In this document: piece after piece, positions 15,277 through 24,630 of the stretch
Numbering within the stretch: position 1 is the first letter of the stretch
How the letters are laid out: each line of letters opens with the position of its first letter
IMG/VR virus record: IMGVR_UViG_3300036770_004266
Span: 1-57,779 of that record
Source: a virus
Taxonomy: Duplodnaviria; Caudoviricetes
Strand: one strand, 5' to 3'
Length of the DNA stretch: 57,779 bases
The notes under the pieces: generated by a model
What the model was told of the DNA's origin: nothing
Seen by the model: the letters and a program-made list of their open reading frames with translations, nothing else
Databases searched by the model: none
Translations under genes and position numbers: made by a program

Positions 15277-15565
15277 TTATAATAAGTATGATTTAGATAG
15301 TGATGGGGAAGTTTCGGATGATGAACTAAAGGATATGGAAAAAATTGAAGAAATAGAAAGGCAGAATCGCAAACAATCCGCGCAGAGAAGGATGGCATGG
15401 GTTGCTATCTGGAGTATGATAGTATTTACGATAATACTATTTTCACCCATAGTATCTGATACTAGGGTAAACGCACTTGCAGATCTTCTTGGATTATTTT
15501 ATATAGCGCAGGCAGGAATAGTCGGCGCATTCATGGGCGTATCAGCTTGGATGTCTAGAAAATGA
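15233..15565 (+). CDS. EF-hand-like two-TM protein (holin-like topology)
   Basis: DLDSDGEVSDDE loop; two TM helices. Confidence 0.7.
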   Translation: MENKKMQKSLQKNSNYNKYDLDSDGEVSDDELKDMEKIEEIERQNRKQSAQRRMAWVAIWSMIVFTIILFSPIVSDTRVNALADLLGLFYIAQAGIVGAFMGVSAWMSRK

Positions 15566-15641
15566 TAATAGACAATATGGTATATTGGATGATACAGGCC
15601 TGGTTTCTACCATACTATATCATCCATAACTTATCTAAAAA

Positions 15642-15986
15642 TTAAGTTATATTGATCTGAGGGGTTTTCGGAGAAATATCCGAAACAGCTTTGCTAAGAT
15701 GACCAGGGACAATTTCTAATCCGCTTCCAAAAATTCTGCTGTATTGATTGTATAGCTCTTCGGCAACTTCCGCTTCCCATACAATTGCAGACTTTTTCAA
15801 TTGCACAGAATGTTCTTTAGTATAACCCGCATAGGGAACTAAAGCCATTTGATGTTGATCCGGTGTTGATCTAGATGCGAGAAGCATAATAGCACAGGGT
15901 TGTTTGATAATTAAATTATCTCCATCCTCAATTGCTTCTCCTACTACTTCCTCACTAGTGATAAGTTTATAAATTTTAATCATCAT
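15642..15986 (-). CDS. Conserved T4-like hypothetical protein (Sm-like fold suspected)
   Basis: KLITSEEVVG...SRIFGSGL pattern; typical position downstream of hsp20. Confidence 0.7.
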   Translation of the reverse strand: MMIKIYKLITSEEVVGEAIEDGDNLIIKQPCAIMLLASRSTPDQHQMALVPYAGYTKEHSVQLKKSAIVWEAEVAEELYNQYSRIFGSGLEIVPGHLSKAVSDISPKTPQINIT

Positions 15987-16007
15987 ATTTCCTTTATAAT
16001 ATAATGG

Positions 16008-16028
16008 AAGGGGGCATTGCGCCCCCTT
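16008..16028. terminator. GC-rich hairpin, possible terminator
   Basis: AAGGGGGC-ATTGC-GCCCCCTT. Confidence 0.5.
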
Positions 16029-16031
16029 ATT

Positions 16032-16229
16032 TTAATGCCAATGAATACCATTCTCATTACTAGTCTTACGTTTTTCTTCTTCAGAAACTCTTTCTATATC
16101 ATGTAGATTTCTACATTTCCCGTATAGATAAAATTCTGCTTGACGAAGTCTAGCATAAGCGATAGATTCACCGAGCCCTACAAAAAACTCTCCGACTGAT
16201 TTTAAAAAATTAATTAGTTTCTGTTTCAT
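16032..16229 (-). CDS. Hypothetical protein
   Basis: 65-aa ORF overlapping the hsp20 end, followed by a hairpin. Confidence 0.6.
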   Translation of the reverse strand: MKQKLINFLKSVGEFFVGLGESIAYARLRQAEFYLYGKCRNLHDIERVSEEEKRKTSNENGIHWH

Positions 16230-16731
16230 CTTCTTCCTCTAAAAGTAATTGCTTATTAGATTTAGAGGATCTGGTTTCAGAATCTCTTTCTTTAACTTCA
16301 ATCTTTTTTGGCTTCTTGTGTTCGGGAATAATTTTTTCTAAAGCAATCTTAAGCATCCCGTTTACCAAAGATGCATCTTTAATCTCAATCTTATCATCGA
16401 GGGCAAAGGTGCGGGTAAAGTTGCGCGTTGCAATTCCTTTATACAACCAGTCGAAGGTATTATTATCTTCATTTGCATTGCCAGTAACAATTAATTTATC
16501 ATCAACGAATTCAATCTCAATCTCAGATTTAGAAAACCCAGCAACAGCAATTTCAATAACGTACTTGTTATCTTCTACTTTCTTAATATTATAGGGAGGA
16601 TAGTTTGGAATATTTTGAGTTAAATCGTCGTGGACTTTAGCCAGACGATTATATGTGTCATCAAATCCTACGAAAAATTTGTCGAAGTCTTTAAAAACGG
16701 AAGGACCAAAAGTAATTTTACCTAGAGTCAT
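16210..16731 (-). CDS. hsp20: Small heat shock protein Hsp20 (IbpA-like)
   Basis: NYPPYNI, IEIAVAGF, KGIATRNFTRTF, NGMLKI. Confidence 0.95.
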   Translation of the reverse strand: MTLGKITFGPSVFKDFDKFFVGFDDTYNRLAKVHDDLTQNIPNYPPYNIKKVEDNKYVIEIAVAGFSKSEIEIEFVDDKLIVTGNANEDNNTFDWLYKGIATRNFTRTFALDDKIEIKDASLVNGMLKIALEKIIPEHKKPKKIEVKERDSETRSSKSNKQLLLEEEDETETN

Positions 16732-16741
16732 AATAGTCTCC

Positions 16742-16951
16742 TCACTTAGTAAATACTTTAGCGCATGTTGATTGCATTGTAGAACCAGTTACTTCCCAAA
16801 AAGTTTTAGCAATTTGTTTAGTAAACTCAGTCTGAGCATCTACAAAGTGTTGAAGAGGTTTGCGGACAGATTCATCCTGAACATATTGGTTCAACCAAGC
16901 TGTCTTACCAGATTGAATGGCATCAATAGCCATGTTTGCGTACATTAGCAT
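16742..16951 (-). CDS. Hypothetical amphipathic helical protein
   Basis: 69 aa with AAGGAG RBS. Confidence 0.7.
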   Translation of the reverse strand: MLMYANMAIDAIQSGKTAWLNQYVQDESVRKPLQHFVDAQTEFTKQIAKTFWEVTGSTMQSTCAKVFTK

Positions 16952-17012
16952 AGTTTGCTCCTTAATTAAGCGAGTTGATTAAAAATGCTACCCTTGCGGC
17001 GTAGCTAATAAT

Positions 17013-17041
17013 AGCATAATATACCTACTATGCTATGTCAA
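17013..17041 (-). promoter_or_regulatory. sigma70-type promoter of the hsp20 operon, overlapped by an inverted repeat
   Basis: TTGACA-N17-TATGCT; ATAGCATA-N10-TATGCTAT at 17011-17036. Confidence 0.6.
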
Positions 17042-17043
17042 TA

Positions 17044-17478
17044 TTATTTATTAAAAGTTGTGCCTTTTTTCTTGCCAATATTATACTTTGTTTCCAACTT
17101 CCAATCATCTTTTTCCCTATGCGAGATGACTTTAATTTGAGACAATGGTGCATGATCTAAGAATTTTTCTGGCTCTACTAAATTAATAAGCCCCCAATCT
17201 ACAAGCAACTTAGCAATAGTATTCCTTCTTTCTAAATCATTGTCGGTCAAGTCTGCAGACTTTCCATCGAGAGCAAAGAGTTCTTTAAAATGAACTATAA
17301 AGTATCTTCCCTGCTTATGAAGTATATGGCAGCTTTGATATAAAATTCTATCCTTACGAGAAGCCACACCAATACGTGTTAACGTTTCTCGGACCTTGAG
17401 GAAATCATCTGGCTCAGCAAGCACGACTTCCAAGGGATAGTACCCTGGGAAATCTATATTAATAATCTGCTCGTTCAT
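17044..17478 (-). CDS. regA: Translational repressor RegA
   Basis: DDFLKVRETLTRIG, LYQSCHILHKQGRYFIVHFKELF. Confidence 0.97.
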   Translation of the reverse strand: MNEQIINIDFPGYYPLEVVLAEPDDFLKVRETLTRIGVASRKDRILYQSCHILHKQGRYFIVHFKELFALDGKSADLTDNDLERRNTIAKLLVDWGLINLVEPEKFLDHAPLSQIKVISHREKDDWKLETKYNIGKKKGTTFNK

Positions 17479-17909
17479 TTCTTACCACCCTTTGTTAATC
17501 TCGTTTTTAATTGTTCTAATTGGGATTGACTTAGGAGTGGGAGTACTTGTTTAGCTTTTTCTGTGCTGTAACCATAGTATTCCTTAATAGTCTCCAAATC
17601 ATCTATCTTTTCAGCCTTGATCCATTTATTGAATCTTTTTTTAGGCCTAACAATATTTATAAGGAATTGAAATTGGAGAATTTTATCTAAATGGGGTCTG
17701 GAGTTCATTTCATTTGCAGGAATGACGGTATCATGACCATAGGAAAGTCCTTTATTAACAATATAAGGGTTATACTGTTTTTCGGACCAATCATCGACTA
17801 TAAGATTTTCCTTAGTATGGTGTATGGCATTAATAAAATCAAAGGGCGATATTGCCGGGGACTTATATTCTTCTACCTCTCTTTGGGCCGGTTTCTCATC
17901 AAATAGCAT
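17475..17909 (-). CDS. gp62: Clamp loader small subunit (T4 gp62-like)
   Basis: YNPYIVNKGLS, KEYYGYSTEKA; start placed at MLFDEK behind a GGAGG-like RBS. Confidence 0.9.
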   Translation of the reverse strand: MLFDEKPAQREVEEYKSPAISPFDFINAIHHTKENLIVDDWSEKQYNPYIVNKGLSYGHDTVIPANEMNSRPHLDKILQFQFLINIVRPKKRFNKWIKAEKIDDLETIKEYYGYSTEKAKQVLPLLSQSQLEQLKTRLTKGGKK

Positions 17910-18051
17910 CGGTATTGCCTTCCTCCACGACATAATAATCGTAGGTCAAGCATTCGTTTGCAATATATAGATCCGCTTCCATCACATTAGAAAAGAATTC
18001 TGTTCTAATTAACACATTACCTTTAAAAAATTTAACTAATATTGTATTCAT
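17899..18051 (-). CDS. 50-aa hypothetical protein
   Basis: MNTILVKFFKG...EEGNTDAI, ATGA-coupled to the upstream gene; not in the ORF track. Confidence 0.5.
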   Translation of the reverse strand: MNTILVKFFKGNVLIRTEFFSNVMEADLYIANECLTYDYYVVEEGNTDAI

Positions 18052-18335
18052 AATATCATCCTAAAAAGACCTACAGAATCAATAGTTACTAATAGCATAT
18101 AGTTGGCAAGCATACCAAATGAACGGCGAGTCCAAGCAGCCCAAGCGTACATAGAACAGCCGAGTATCCATAAAGGATAAAGTACCAGAAGCGGTGGGTT
18201 AGGTACGGTAATAGCCATAATGATACTGCAGCCAATGGAAATACCCCAAGCAAGAAGCTCAATAATAAACCTAATTCTATCGGATGCATAATCTGCCTTT
18301 ATCCACTCCCAGGTCGGGCGTAAAAGATCGTTCAT
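18048..18335 (-). CDS. Three-TM membrane protein
   Basis: Three hydrophobic helices; ATGA overlap with gp44. Confidence 0.75.
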   Translation of the reverse strand: MNDLLRPTWEWIKADYASDRIRFIIELLAWGISIGCSIIMAITVPNPPLLVLYPLWILGCSMYAWAAWTRRSFGMLANYMLLVTIDSVGLFRMIL

Positions 18336-19267
18336 TTAATCTCAATCGTTGCCATAATTTCAGTAAGGCAAGCGACAAGATTAATTTCCTGATCCGCACA
18401 AAAAGCCGACTTATATTGATAGTCTGCAAGTAACAACACAAACTGAGGTACTTGTTTGACCTGATCTGTTAAGGTATCATAAATTTTTCTAAAGAGAGTG
18501 GCTGGGTCATTATCAATATTATTGACAACCCAGGATCGCATTCTTTTCCAGTCTTTTTCTTTTAGCGAAGAAATCAAATCCGACATATTGACTTCGCCTA
18601 GATTAACTAAGATACCTTCATCAATCTTTCCGGAGGATGAATAGCGCTGAAGCTCATTTAGAATTCGTCTATAATCGGGAAAGTGTTTTTCCACAACCTT
18701 CGCAACAGCCTTCGGATCGAACTCTACCTTTTCATATCCAAGGATTTCAGATAAGCGTTTGAAGAATGCTGCCGCAATCTTGGGCTTCTCACCTTTATCA
18801 ATCTTAAACTCAATAACCGAGCATCGGGAATGTAGGGGAGGAATGATTCTATTTTTAAAGTTACAAGTAAAAATGAATCTACAATTCTGAGAGAACTCCT
18901 CAATAAATCCTCGAAGTGCAGGTTGAAAACTCTGCGGATTAGTATAGTCTGCCTCGTCTAAAATAACAACCTTTGTCTTACCTGTAAATGAAACGGTAGA
19001 CGCAAATTGACTTATCTTAGTACGAAGTACATCAATACCATTTTCAAGAGAAGCATTAATAAAGAGATAATCTAATTCCATCTCCTCACACAATGCCTTT
19101 GCTACAGTTGTTTTGCCTACCCCCGCGGATCCACAAAGGAGCATATTTTGAATATCTCCTTTGTCGATCATTTCCTGAAATACTTTTCTTTGATTTGCAG
19201 GAAGAATACATTCACTTATTTTCTTTGGGCGCCATTTCTCTACCCAAAGATATTCATTCTCATTCAT
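18332..19267 (-). CDS. gp44: Clamp loader large subunit (T4 gp44-like)
   Basis: WVEKWRP, GSAGVGKT, DEAD, SRC. Confidence 0.97.
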   Translation of the reverse strand: MNENEYLWVEKWRPKKISECILPANQRKVFQEMIDKGDIQNMLLCGSAGVGKTTVAKALCEEMELDYLFINASLENGIDVLRTKISQFASTVSFTGKTKVVILDEADYTNPQSFQPALRGFIEEFSQNCRFIFTCNFKNRIIPPLHSRCSVIEFKIDKGEKPKIAAAFFKRLSEILGYEKVEFDPKAVAKVVEKHFPDYRRILNELQRYSSSGKIDEGILVNLGEVNMSDLISSLKEKDWKRMRSWVVNNIDNDPATLFRKIYDTLTDQVKQVPQFVLLLADYQYKSAFCADQEINLVACLTEIMATIEIK

Positions 19268-19284
19268 AATATAAAACTCCCAGG

Positions 19285-19941
19285 TTAAACTACAGAGTCA
19301 GGTTCCATCGCAATAAAGTACTCGATATTTTTTGTCTCATTCTTAAAGTGGAATACCTTTTTCTTTGAGATAGTTACCGTATAGGCATCTGGGATAATCT
19401 TAAAATTTTCAACTGCCATATGGCAATCAAAATCATTTTCACTTTCGCCAATATTGGCCTTGTAGGTATTAGACGTATCATTCTTTTTATCTCCGACTGT
19501 CAGAGAAACTTTCTTCTCTTTAGAAGATACTGAGATAGTAGGTGCACCGGTAATTGCCGCAGCTTTAGTAATCATGTTCACTTCCTCTGCGGTTAGCTTA
19601 AACTGATAATGATTATCTACGTCAATAGATTTATCGGGTGCTGCTACAATAACATTCGGGCTGGAATAAAAATACTCAAACTTGCCGCCATTCCGTTCGA
19701 TGGTTAAACTCTTTTCTCCAAATTCTACATTCTGATTCTCCATCAGAGTTAGAAGTGCGAGCAAAGAATTTAAATCATAAATTGCGACCTCTTGAGGAAA
19801 ATCCTCGGCAACATCTGCCTTCGCAAAGATGTTTTTTGCTGTACTAATTGTAGAAAGGGACTTGCCTTTTCTAATTAGAATATTACTATTCACCATAGCA
19901 AAATTTTTCAATACTTGGATTGTTTCATTACTAATCTGCAT
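19285..19941 (-). CDS. gp45: Sliding clamp (T4 gp45-like)
   Basis: ETIQVLKNFAMVN, IYDLNSLL; synteny with gp44. Confidence 0.93.
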   Translation of the reverse strand: MQISNETIQVLKNFAMVNSNILIRKGKSLSTISTAKNIFAKADVAEDFPQEVAIYDLNSLLALLTLMENQNVEFGEKSLTIERNGGKFEYFYSSPNVIVAAPDKSIDVDNHYQFKLTAEEVNMITKAAAITGAPTISVSSKEKKVSLTVGDKKNDTSNTYKANIGESENDFDCHMAVENFKIIPDAYTVTISKKKVFHFKNETKNIEYFIAMEPDSVV

Positions 19942-20255
19942 TATTTAGACTCCTTAGTTTCAAGATCATGCACATACAACATTATTAAAGCATAGTGTAA
20001 CACCTTCATTATATCTTTTCTATTCCTTCCATCTTTTCTCCCATATCGTTGGGCATACTTAACAATATTTCCCCTGGTGAAACCGATGCCATCTCCATTG
20101 TCAATAATCATTTCAGTAGTTTGAAACTTGTTCTGGGAATAGTGTTCGCTATAAGTACCTTCAATATATTCGGTCAATTCTTTTAAAAGATCCGGTTCAT
20201 TATACTTATAGTCTATCGTTTTGGAATTTCTCAATTTCTTTTCTCCAATAATCAA
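19941..20255 (-). CDS. DUF3310-like protein
   Basis: HYSQ...GFTRGNIVKYAQRYGRKDG...DIMKVLHY. Confidence 0.75.
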   Translation of the reverse strand: MIIGEKKLRNSKTIDYKYNEPDLLKELTEYIEGTYSEHYSQNKFQTTEMIIDNGDGIGFTRGNIVKYAQRYGRKDGRNRKDIMKVLHYALIMLYVHDLETKESK

Positions 20256-21018
20256 AAGTTACTTGCTCACGGTTTAAAGTTTTTTCCATTAATCCGTATT
20301 CAATATGATCCCAGCTATCTAGGATAATACAATTTAACTTATTATATAATGGATCTAATATAGAAGTCAATACAATTGGAATACTATTCATCGCAATAGA
20401 TTCATAAACTCTATGTGTATCTATACCAAATCCCCTAGGGCAAATACTGTACTTGGAAGTATTTAAATGATCCAAGTACTGACCATAGTCTTCTTTTTGC
20501 TCCACAAATAATATATCTAAATCTTTGGGTATATCTTTTCTGGATTCATGCGTATCGCCAATATAAGTCAACACAATATCATTTAATTTTTCTTTTAGTT
20601 CGGGGAATGGAAAACTACCATTAGGTCTCTCCGAACCTTCTTCCTGAAATCCTATAGGTACCTGCATTATACTATCATTCATCTGAGGTATATTAGTTCC
20701 GACCCAAGATACTACATTTTTGTTCTTTAGTATATTTTCTATGTCGGATAGGGCTGGAGATTTTGCTGCCCTGCCCGTCAACAGATGAAAGGGTACAGGT
20801 ATCTTAGATAAGAATTCTGCATAATAATTTAATAGATCCACTTTGACAAAAATCCTAGAACCTGGCTCAAAATTTTCGGTATCCATTTCTCCAGGAACCT
20901 TTGTATGAGGTACAGTAATACCCATGCTCTCATAATAAGAATTTTCGTAGTCTAATACATAATCCGCCAACCGAGTTAAACTATCATATCTTAATCGTTC
21001 CATTATTGTTTTCTCCAC
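20206..21018 (-). CDS. Exostosin/GT47-like glycosyltransferase
   Basis: SKYSICPRGFGIDTHRVYESIAMNSIPIV. Confidence 0.75.
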   Translation of the reverse strand: MEKTIMERLRYDSLTRLADYVLDYENSYYESMGITVPHTKVPGEMDTENFEPGSRIFVKVDLLNYYAEFLSKIPVPFHLLTGRAAKSPALSDIENILKNKNVVSWVGTNIPQMNDSIMQVPIGFQEEGSERPNGSFPFPELKEKLNDIVLTYIGDTHESRKDIPKDLDILFVEQKEDYGQYLDHLNTSKYSICPRGFGIDTHRVYESIAMNSIPIVLTSILDPLYNKLNCIILDSWDHIEYGLMEKTLNREQVTFDYWRKEIEKFQNDRL

Positions 21019-21743
21019 GGAAATTTAGTTTCATATTTTTGTTCCATCATCTTATTTCCCTGAAGGAAAAATTCTGCCCTAACAGAATCTGGTCGATTGC
21101 CTACTCGATAATTCAATGTATATTCGCCAGTAGTCTGATGGGTAAACTTGTGCTGCAAAAGTATCTGCATTAGCAAGCGATCTACCTCCGGTTGCTCTTC
21201 GGGATGCCTTGCCCTGCGATACCATATCGAGGATGTCTGCAATGCTATACTTAAAGGCAAGCAATAACATCCAACATCGACAAAAAATTCCCTATCGCTC
21301 AGACAGGTCGGCCAAAGGCCCAGGCTTTCGCAATCATCATTACAAACATACTCGCCCCCAGAGTTTACAATTTTTCTGAGAGAAAATGCCCAATCATAAT
21401 GTTTAACTACGCCCATTAATGATTCTAAATGGTTAGAATCTATCCAATTATCCTCATCCAAAAAACAAACATAGTCAGTATCAATTAGATATGGGGCAGA
21501 TCCATAAATTCTATGCCCATTATATCCACCTGCCCCCGTATTACTATATAACCATAACACTTCAATATTTTCATCTTCCTGGTATGGTTCTAAAATGTCT
21601 CTAACTTTTTCCCAGTATTGATTTCCATCCACTACAATAAAATGCTTGTAATTATCATAGCTTTGATTTTGTACTGAAGTTATACACTTTTCTAAATATT
21701 TTGTCCCCGTAGTCGGGGTAATAACCGTAACTTTTTTATCCAT
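21003..21743 (-). CDS. GT2 glycosyltransferase
   Basis: VTVITPT, IVVDG, FLDEDN. Confidence 0.88.
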   Translation of the reverse strand: MDKKVTVITPTTGTKYLEKCITSVQNQSYDNYKHFIVVDGNQYWEKVRDILEPYQEDENIEVLWLYSNTGAGGYNGHRIYGSAPYLIDTDYVCFLDEDNWIDSNHLESLMGVVKHYDWAFSLRKIVNSGGEYVCNDDCESLGLWPTCLSDREFFVDVGCYCLPLSIALQTSSIWYRRARHPEEQPEVDRLLMQILLQHKFTHQTTGEYTLNYRVGNRPDSVRAEFFLQGNKMMEQKYETKFPWRKQ

Positions 21744-22422
21744 AATTTACTACCTCGATTCCCCTAGGCACTCTAACAGGTATTCCGCCATCTTCTATTT
21801 TTCTAGCATTGTGATAAAATATTCTACCTTTTAACATTCCTTGTAGAAACATCTGAAAAGCCAAATTGTTTATGCCGCTATTAATTACATGTACTTCTTT
21901 TGCTTCTGCCATTGCCTTAACATAATCTAATACGTCTGACGTATCATCTTTCTCAGCATAATGCCTAGGTAAATTGCTGTCTATAGTAAGTTCTATCTTT
22001 TTTGCTGAGCAAGTATCATGTATAAAAATATATTCTTCGCCTAGTTTATTTACAATACTCTCATATAATTTTGTTTCTAATCTTTTAGGAAACTTAAATT
22101 TCGAGTATTCATACTCAGGACTCAATGATAACTGTTTATAGAAAGATTCTTCAAATGCAGTATAATCACAATTAGAAAATCCAACCATCAATATGGGCAT
22201 TTTCAATTCTGCAGAATAAACTCCAGTATCCTCAAACTCATTAGTTACCGGCAAAACTTTAATCTGGGGAAAATCCTCATATAAATGCTTAACTGTTTCC
22301 AAGTAATGCCTTTTACATATTAAGTTAATTTCATCATATTGCTCTGTTAATGCATGTACCAATCCATTACACATAAAATGGTCGCCCATTCCAGTATGAT
22401 GATGTAGTATTATTCTTGACAT
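21736..22422 (-). CDS. Putative glycosyltransferase-like protein
   Basis: HHTGMGDHF and VHVINSG motifs; island context. Confidence 0.55.
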   Translation of the reverse strand: MSRIILHHHTGMGDHFMCNGLVHALTEQYDEINLICKRHYLETVKHLYEDFPQIKVLPVTNEFEDTGVYSAELKMPILMVGFSNCDYTAFEESFYKQLSLSPEYEYSKFKFPKRLETKLYESIVNKLGEEYIFIHDTCSAKKIELTIDSNLPRHYAEKDDTSDVLDYVKAMAEAKEVHVINSGINNLAFQMFLQGMLKGRIFYHNARKIEDGGIPVRVPRGIEVVNYG

Positions 22423-23051
22423 AGTTTTCCTTCATATATGGGTATCTCATTCTCGTCATATGTCTGACCAATAAAATCCTTGCCAATATTCAAATAGCTA
22501 TTTCTCATCCAGACCGTTTCCTTAATACCATACACAAAAGAATTTAACTGATACTTGGGCCAAATTATATCTCGAAGATAATATTGATCAACCAAATACT
22601 TGTGGGTATTATTATACTGAGCCATATTCCTATGATCGGGTATATCTAGCCCATCCTTAATTCCCCACATACCTGCAAGAATGGGAAATTCGTAATGATG
22701 TAAATGATCTCGAATAATGCACAATTTAGTATCAGTATTTAACCAATCGGATACAATTATTCTTTCCCTCTCCGAGAGCCTAGAATCGGTATCCCTGGAT
22801 AAAACGATTGTATCCTTTTCCATTGCTCTAAATCTCCAGAAGGCACCAAAGGTACCATCATCAACCTTAATGGTCTTAGAGTTCGTAAACTGATTCAATG
22901 CTGATATAATTATCCCGGGTACAGAAGAATCATAATAAAAATGACATTCCCATCCTACAAAATGTATCTGAGCTAATTGTGCATTTCGTATAGCACCTAC
23001 TGTATATTTAGGATTGTCTCCCCAAATACTAAATGATATAATTTTTGTCAT
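22410..23051 (-). CDS. Putative GT-A-like glycosyltransferase
   Basis: ISFSIWG, SRDTDSR (DxD), IIRDH, ILAGMWG. Confidence 0.6.
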   Translation of the reverse strand: MTKIISFSIWGDNPKYTVGAIRNAQLAQIHFVGWECHFYYDSSVPGIIISALNQFTNSKTIKVDDGTFGAFWRFRAMEKDTIVLSRDTDSRLSERERIIVSDWLNTDTKLCIIRDHLHHYEFPILAGMWGIKDGLDIPDHRNMAQYNNTHKYLVDQYYLRDIIWPKYQLNSFVYGIKETVWMRNSYLNIGKDFIGQTYDENEIPIYEGKLCQE

Positions 23052-23758
23052 TGTTTGAGAAAGTATTTGACTAGATTAAATCTATTACCCTTTACATATC
23101 CAAATGCTTCTTGTATATCGGAATCTAAACTATTATATAGATCCCACATCTCTTTCTCCGCAAGTTCCTTATTATAATTTGTTCCTGGGGGGTGATCTAT
23201 AGTGTGAGAGTAATCTCGTATAACAGGACGCTTATTCATATAGGATAATGCGGGGAATACTATATCCCAACACCATCCCATTGTATAAGGTCTAAAATCC
23301 AAATTGCGTTGTTTATATAGATCAATTATATCCTTATGAATAAACCAACAAGTACAATCTGTATTGGCAACAGCTTTGAGATTTTTATTTGGAATTCTAA
23401 TGGTGTCAATATCGGTCTTAGAAGAATCATACCAAGTATAATCTACATTTGGGGCATAAATCCCGCAGTTGGTTTCGTTAAATGCAGACTCTGCATCTTT
23501 ATATAATTGTTCCCAGTTTTCATATGAGGCATCCCCCTGAATATGGAACAGGACATCTCCAGTAAATAATTCTATGGCTTTAACGAATTGGGCAGTAAAG
23601 TAACTTTCCTCTCCAATATTATGCCATTCATTTTCTCTAAAAAGATCGTCACTATTAATGACGATAGGAGTTACACCTATCTTGTGTAACTGAGCAATCT
23701 TTTGTTTTGTCTTTTCGTATTGCCCTCGCCAATTGAAAATAAAGGTTTGTATATTCAT
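23048..23758 (-). CDS. Hypothetical GT-like protein
   Basis: 236-aa ORF in the glycan island; GWCWD motif. Confidence 0.55.
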   Translation of the reverse strand: MNIQTFIFNWRGQYEKTKQKIAQLHKIGVTPIVINSDDLFRENEWHNIGEESYFTAQFVKAIELFTGDVLFHIQGDASYENWEQLYKDAESAFNETNCGIYAPNVDYTWYDSSKTDIDTIRIPNKNLKAVANTDCTCWFIHKDIIDLYKQRNLDFRPYTMGWCWDIVFPALSYMNKRPVIRDYSHTIDHPPGTNYNKELAEKEMWDLYNSLDSDIQEAFGYVKGNRFNLVKYFLKQ

Positions 23759-24630
23759 TGTCTCATCTCAATCTTATTATAAACAACTGCATCGAACCAA
23801 TTAAGAAAATTATTAAGTAACATATAATCCTTCGGCAATCCATTTAAAAGTGGGGGTTGTTCCAAATACATATTATATAATCTGTCATTAGAATCTATGT
23901 ACATTACGCGCTCTACGAGCTTGTCTAAATTTTTAAAATCATGAGCATTAATAAATGCATCCTGATTAAAGTCCGAAGTAACTAAGGGATTACCCCAGTA
24001 TATAGGAACAGTACCAGCATAAAAGGCATGAAGAATCTTTTCTGTAGTATATCCGGGATGCGAATACGACTCAAAACAAATATTAAATTTTCTAGTTGCT
24101 AGAAAATCTATTTTAGCTTTTTCTCCATCGAGTTTAATATCTATATTATTAAACACTTTGCCCGGACTATCTACTCGTTTAATCTTATCTAACATCTGAA
24201 AGAAATCATTACGATATTTGCAGTTAGGGTTGCCAACTACAAAAGAACAAAAGTCTGTTTTTTCCTTTATTTCTCGATCACCTAAGATGTGGTAATAGTC
24301 ATATCCAGAATTATGAATATTTTCCAAAGACCACATATAGATTACATATAAAGGTAATCTATAATGCCAGGGATTAAAATTATGATCGAAGGAAATAGCA
24401 TAGTGACAATCATAATCTTCTGGACGTTGGTTTTCCCCAGTATAGAATATTTTAACTACATCCTTTTTATCATACTGTTTATTTGATTCTCCAAAATTTC
24501 TATCACCAAAAATTAAATACTCGGGATTTTTATTATCAATCTCGACATCATATCTATTGGATAATAAGCTATGGAAAAACCTAGCTAGGTGTTCATGAGT
24601 ATCAGCAAATCCTAATTTTAATTTCTTCAT
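23755..24630 (-). CDS. GT10 alpha-1,3-fucosyltransferase-like protein
   Basis: YTGEN, KFNICFES, GYTTEKI, VPIYWG. Confidence 0.9.
   Translation of the reverse strand: MKKLKLGFADTHEHLARFFHSLLSNRYDVEIDNKNPEYLIFGDRNFGESNKQYDKKDVVKIFYTGENQRPEDYDCHYAISFDHNFNPWHYRLPLYVIYMWSLENIHNSGYDYYHILGDREIKEKTDFCSFVVGNPNCKYRNDFFQMLDKIKRVDSPGKVFNNIDIKLDGEKAKIDFLATRKFNICFESYSHPGYTTEKILHAFYAGTVPIYWGNPLVTSDFNQDAFINAHDFKNLDKLVERVMYIDSNDRLYNMYLEQPPLLNGLPKDYMLLNNFLNWFDAVVYNKIEMRQ

Noticed and set aside
17011-17036. CIRCE (HrcA) element
   Set aside because: Does not match TTAGCACTC-N9-GAGTGCTAA in sequence or spacing; kept only as a generic inverted repeat.
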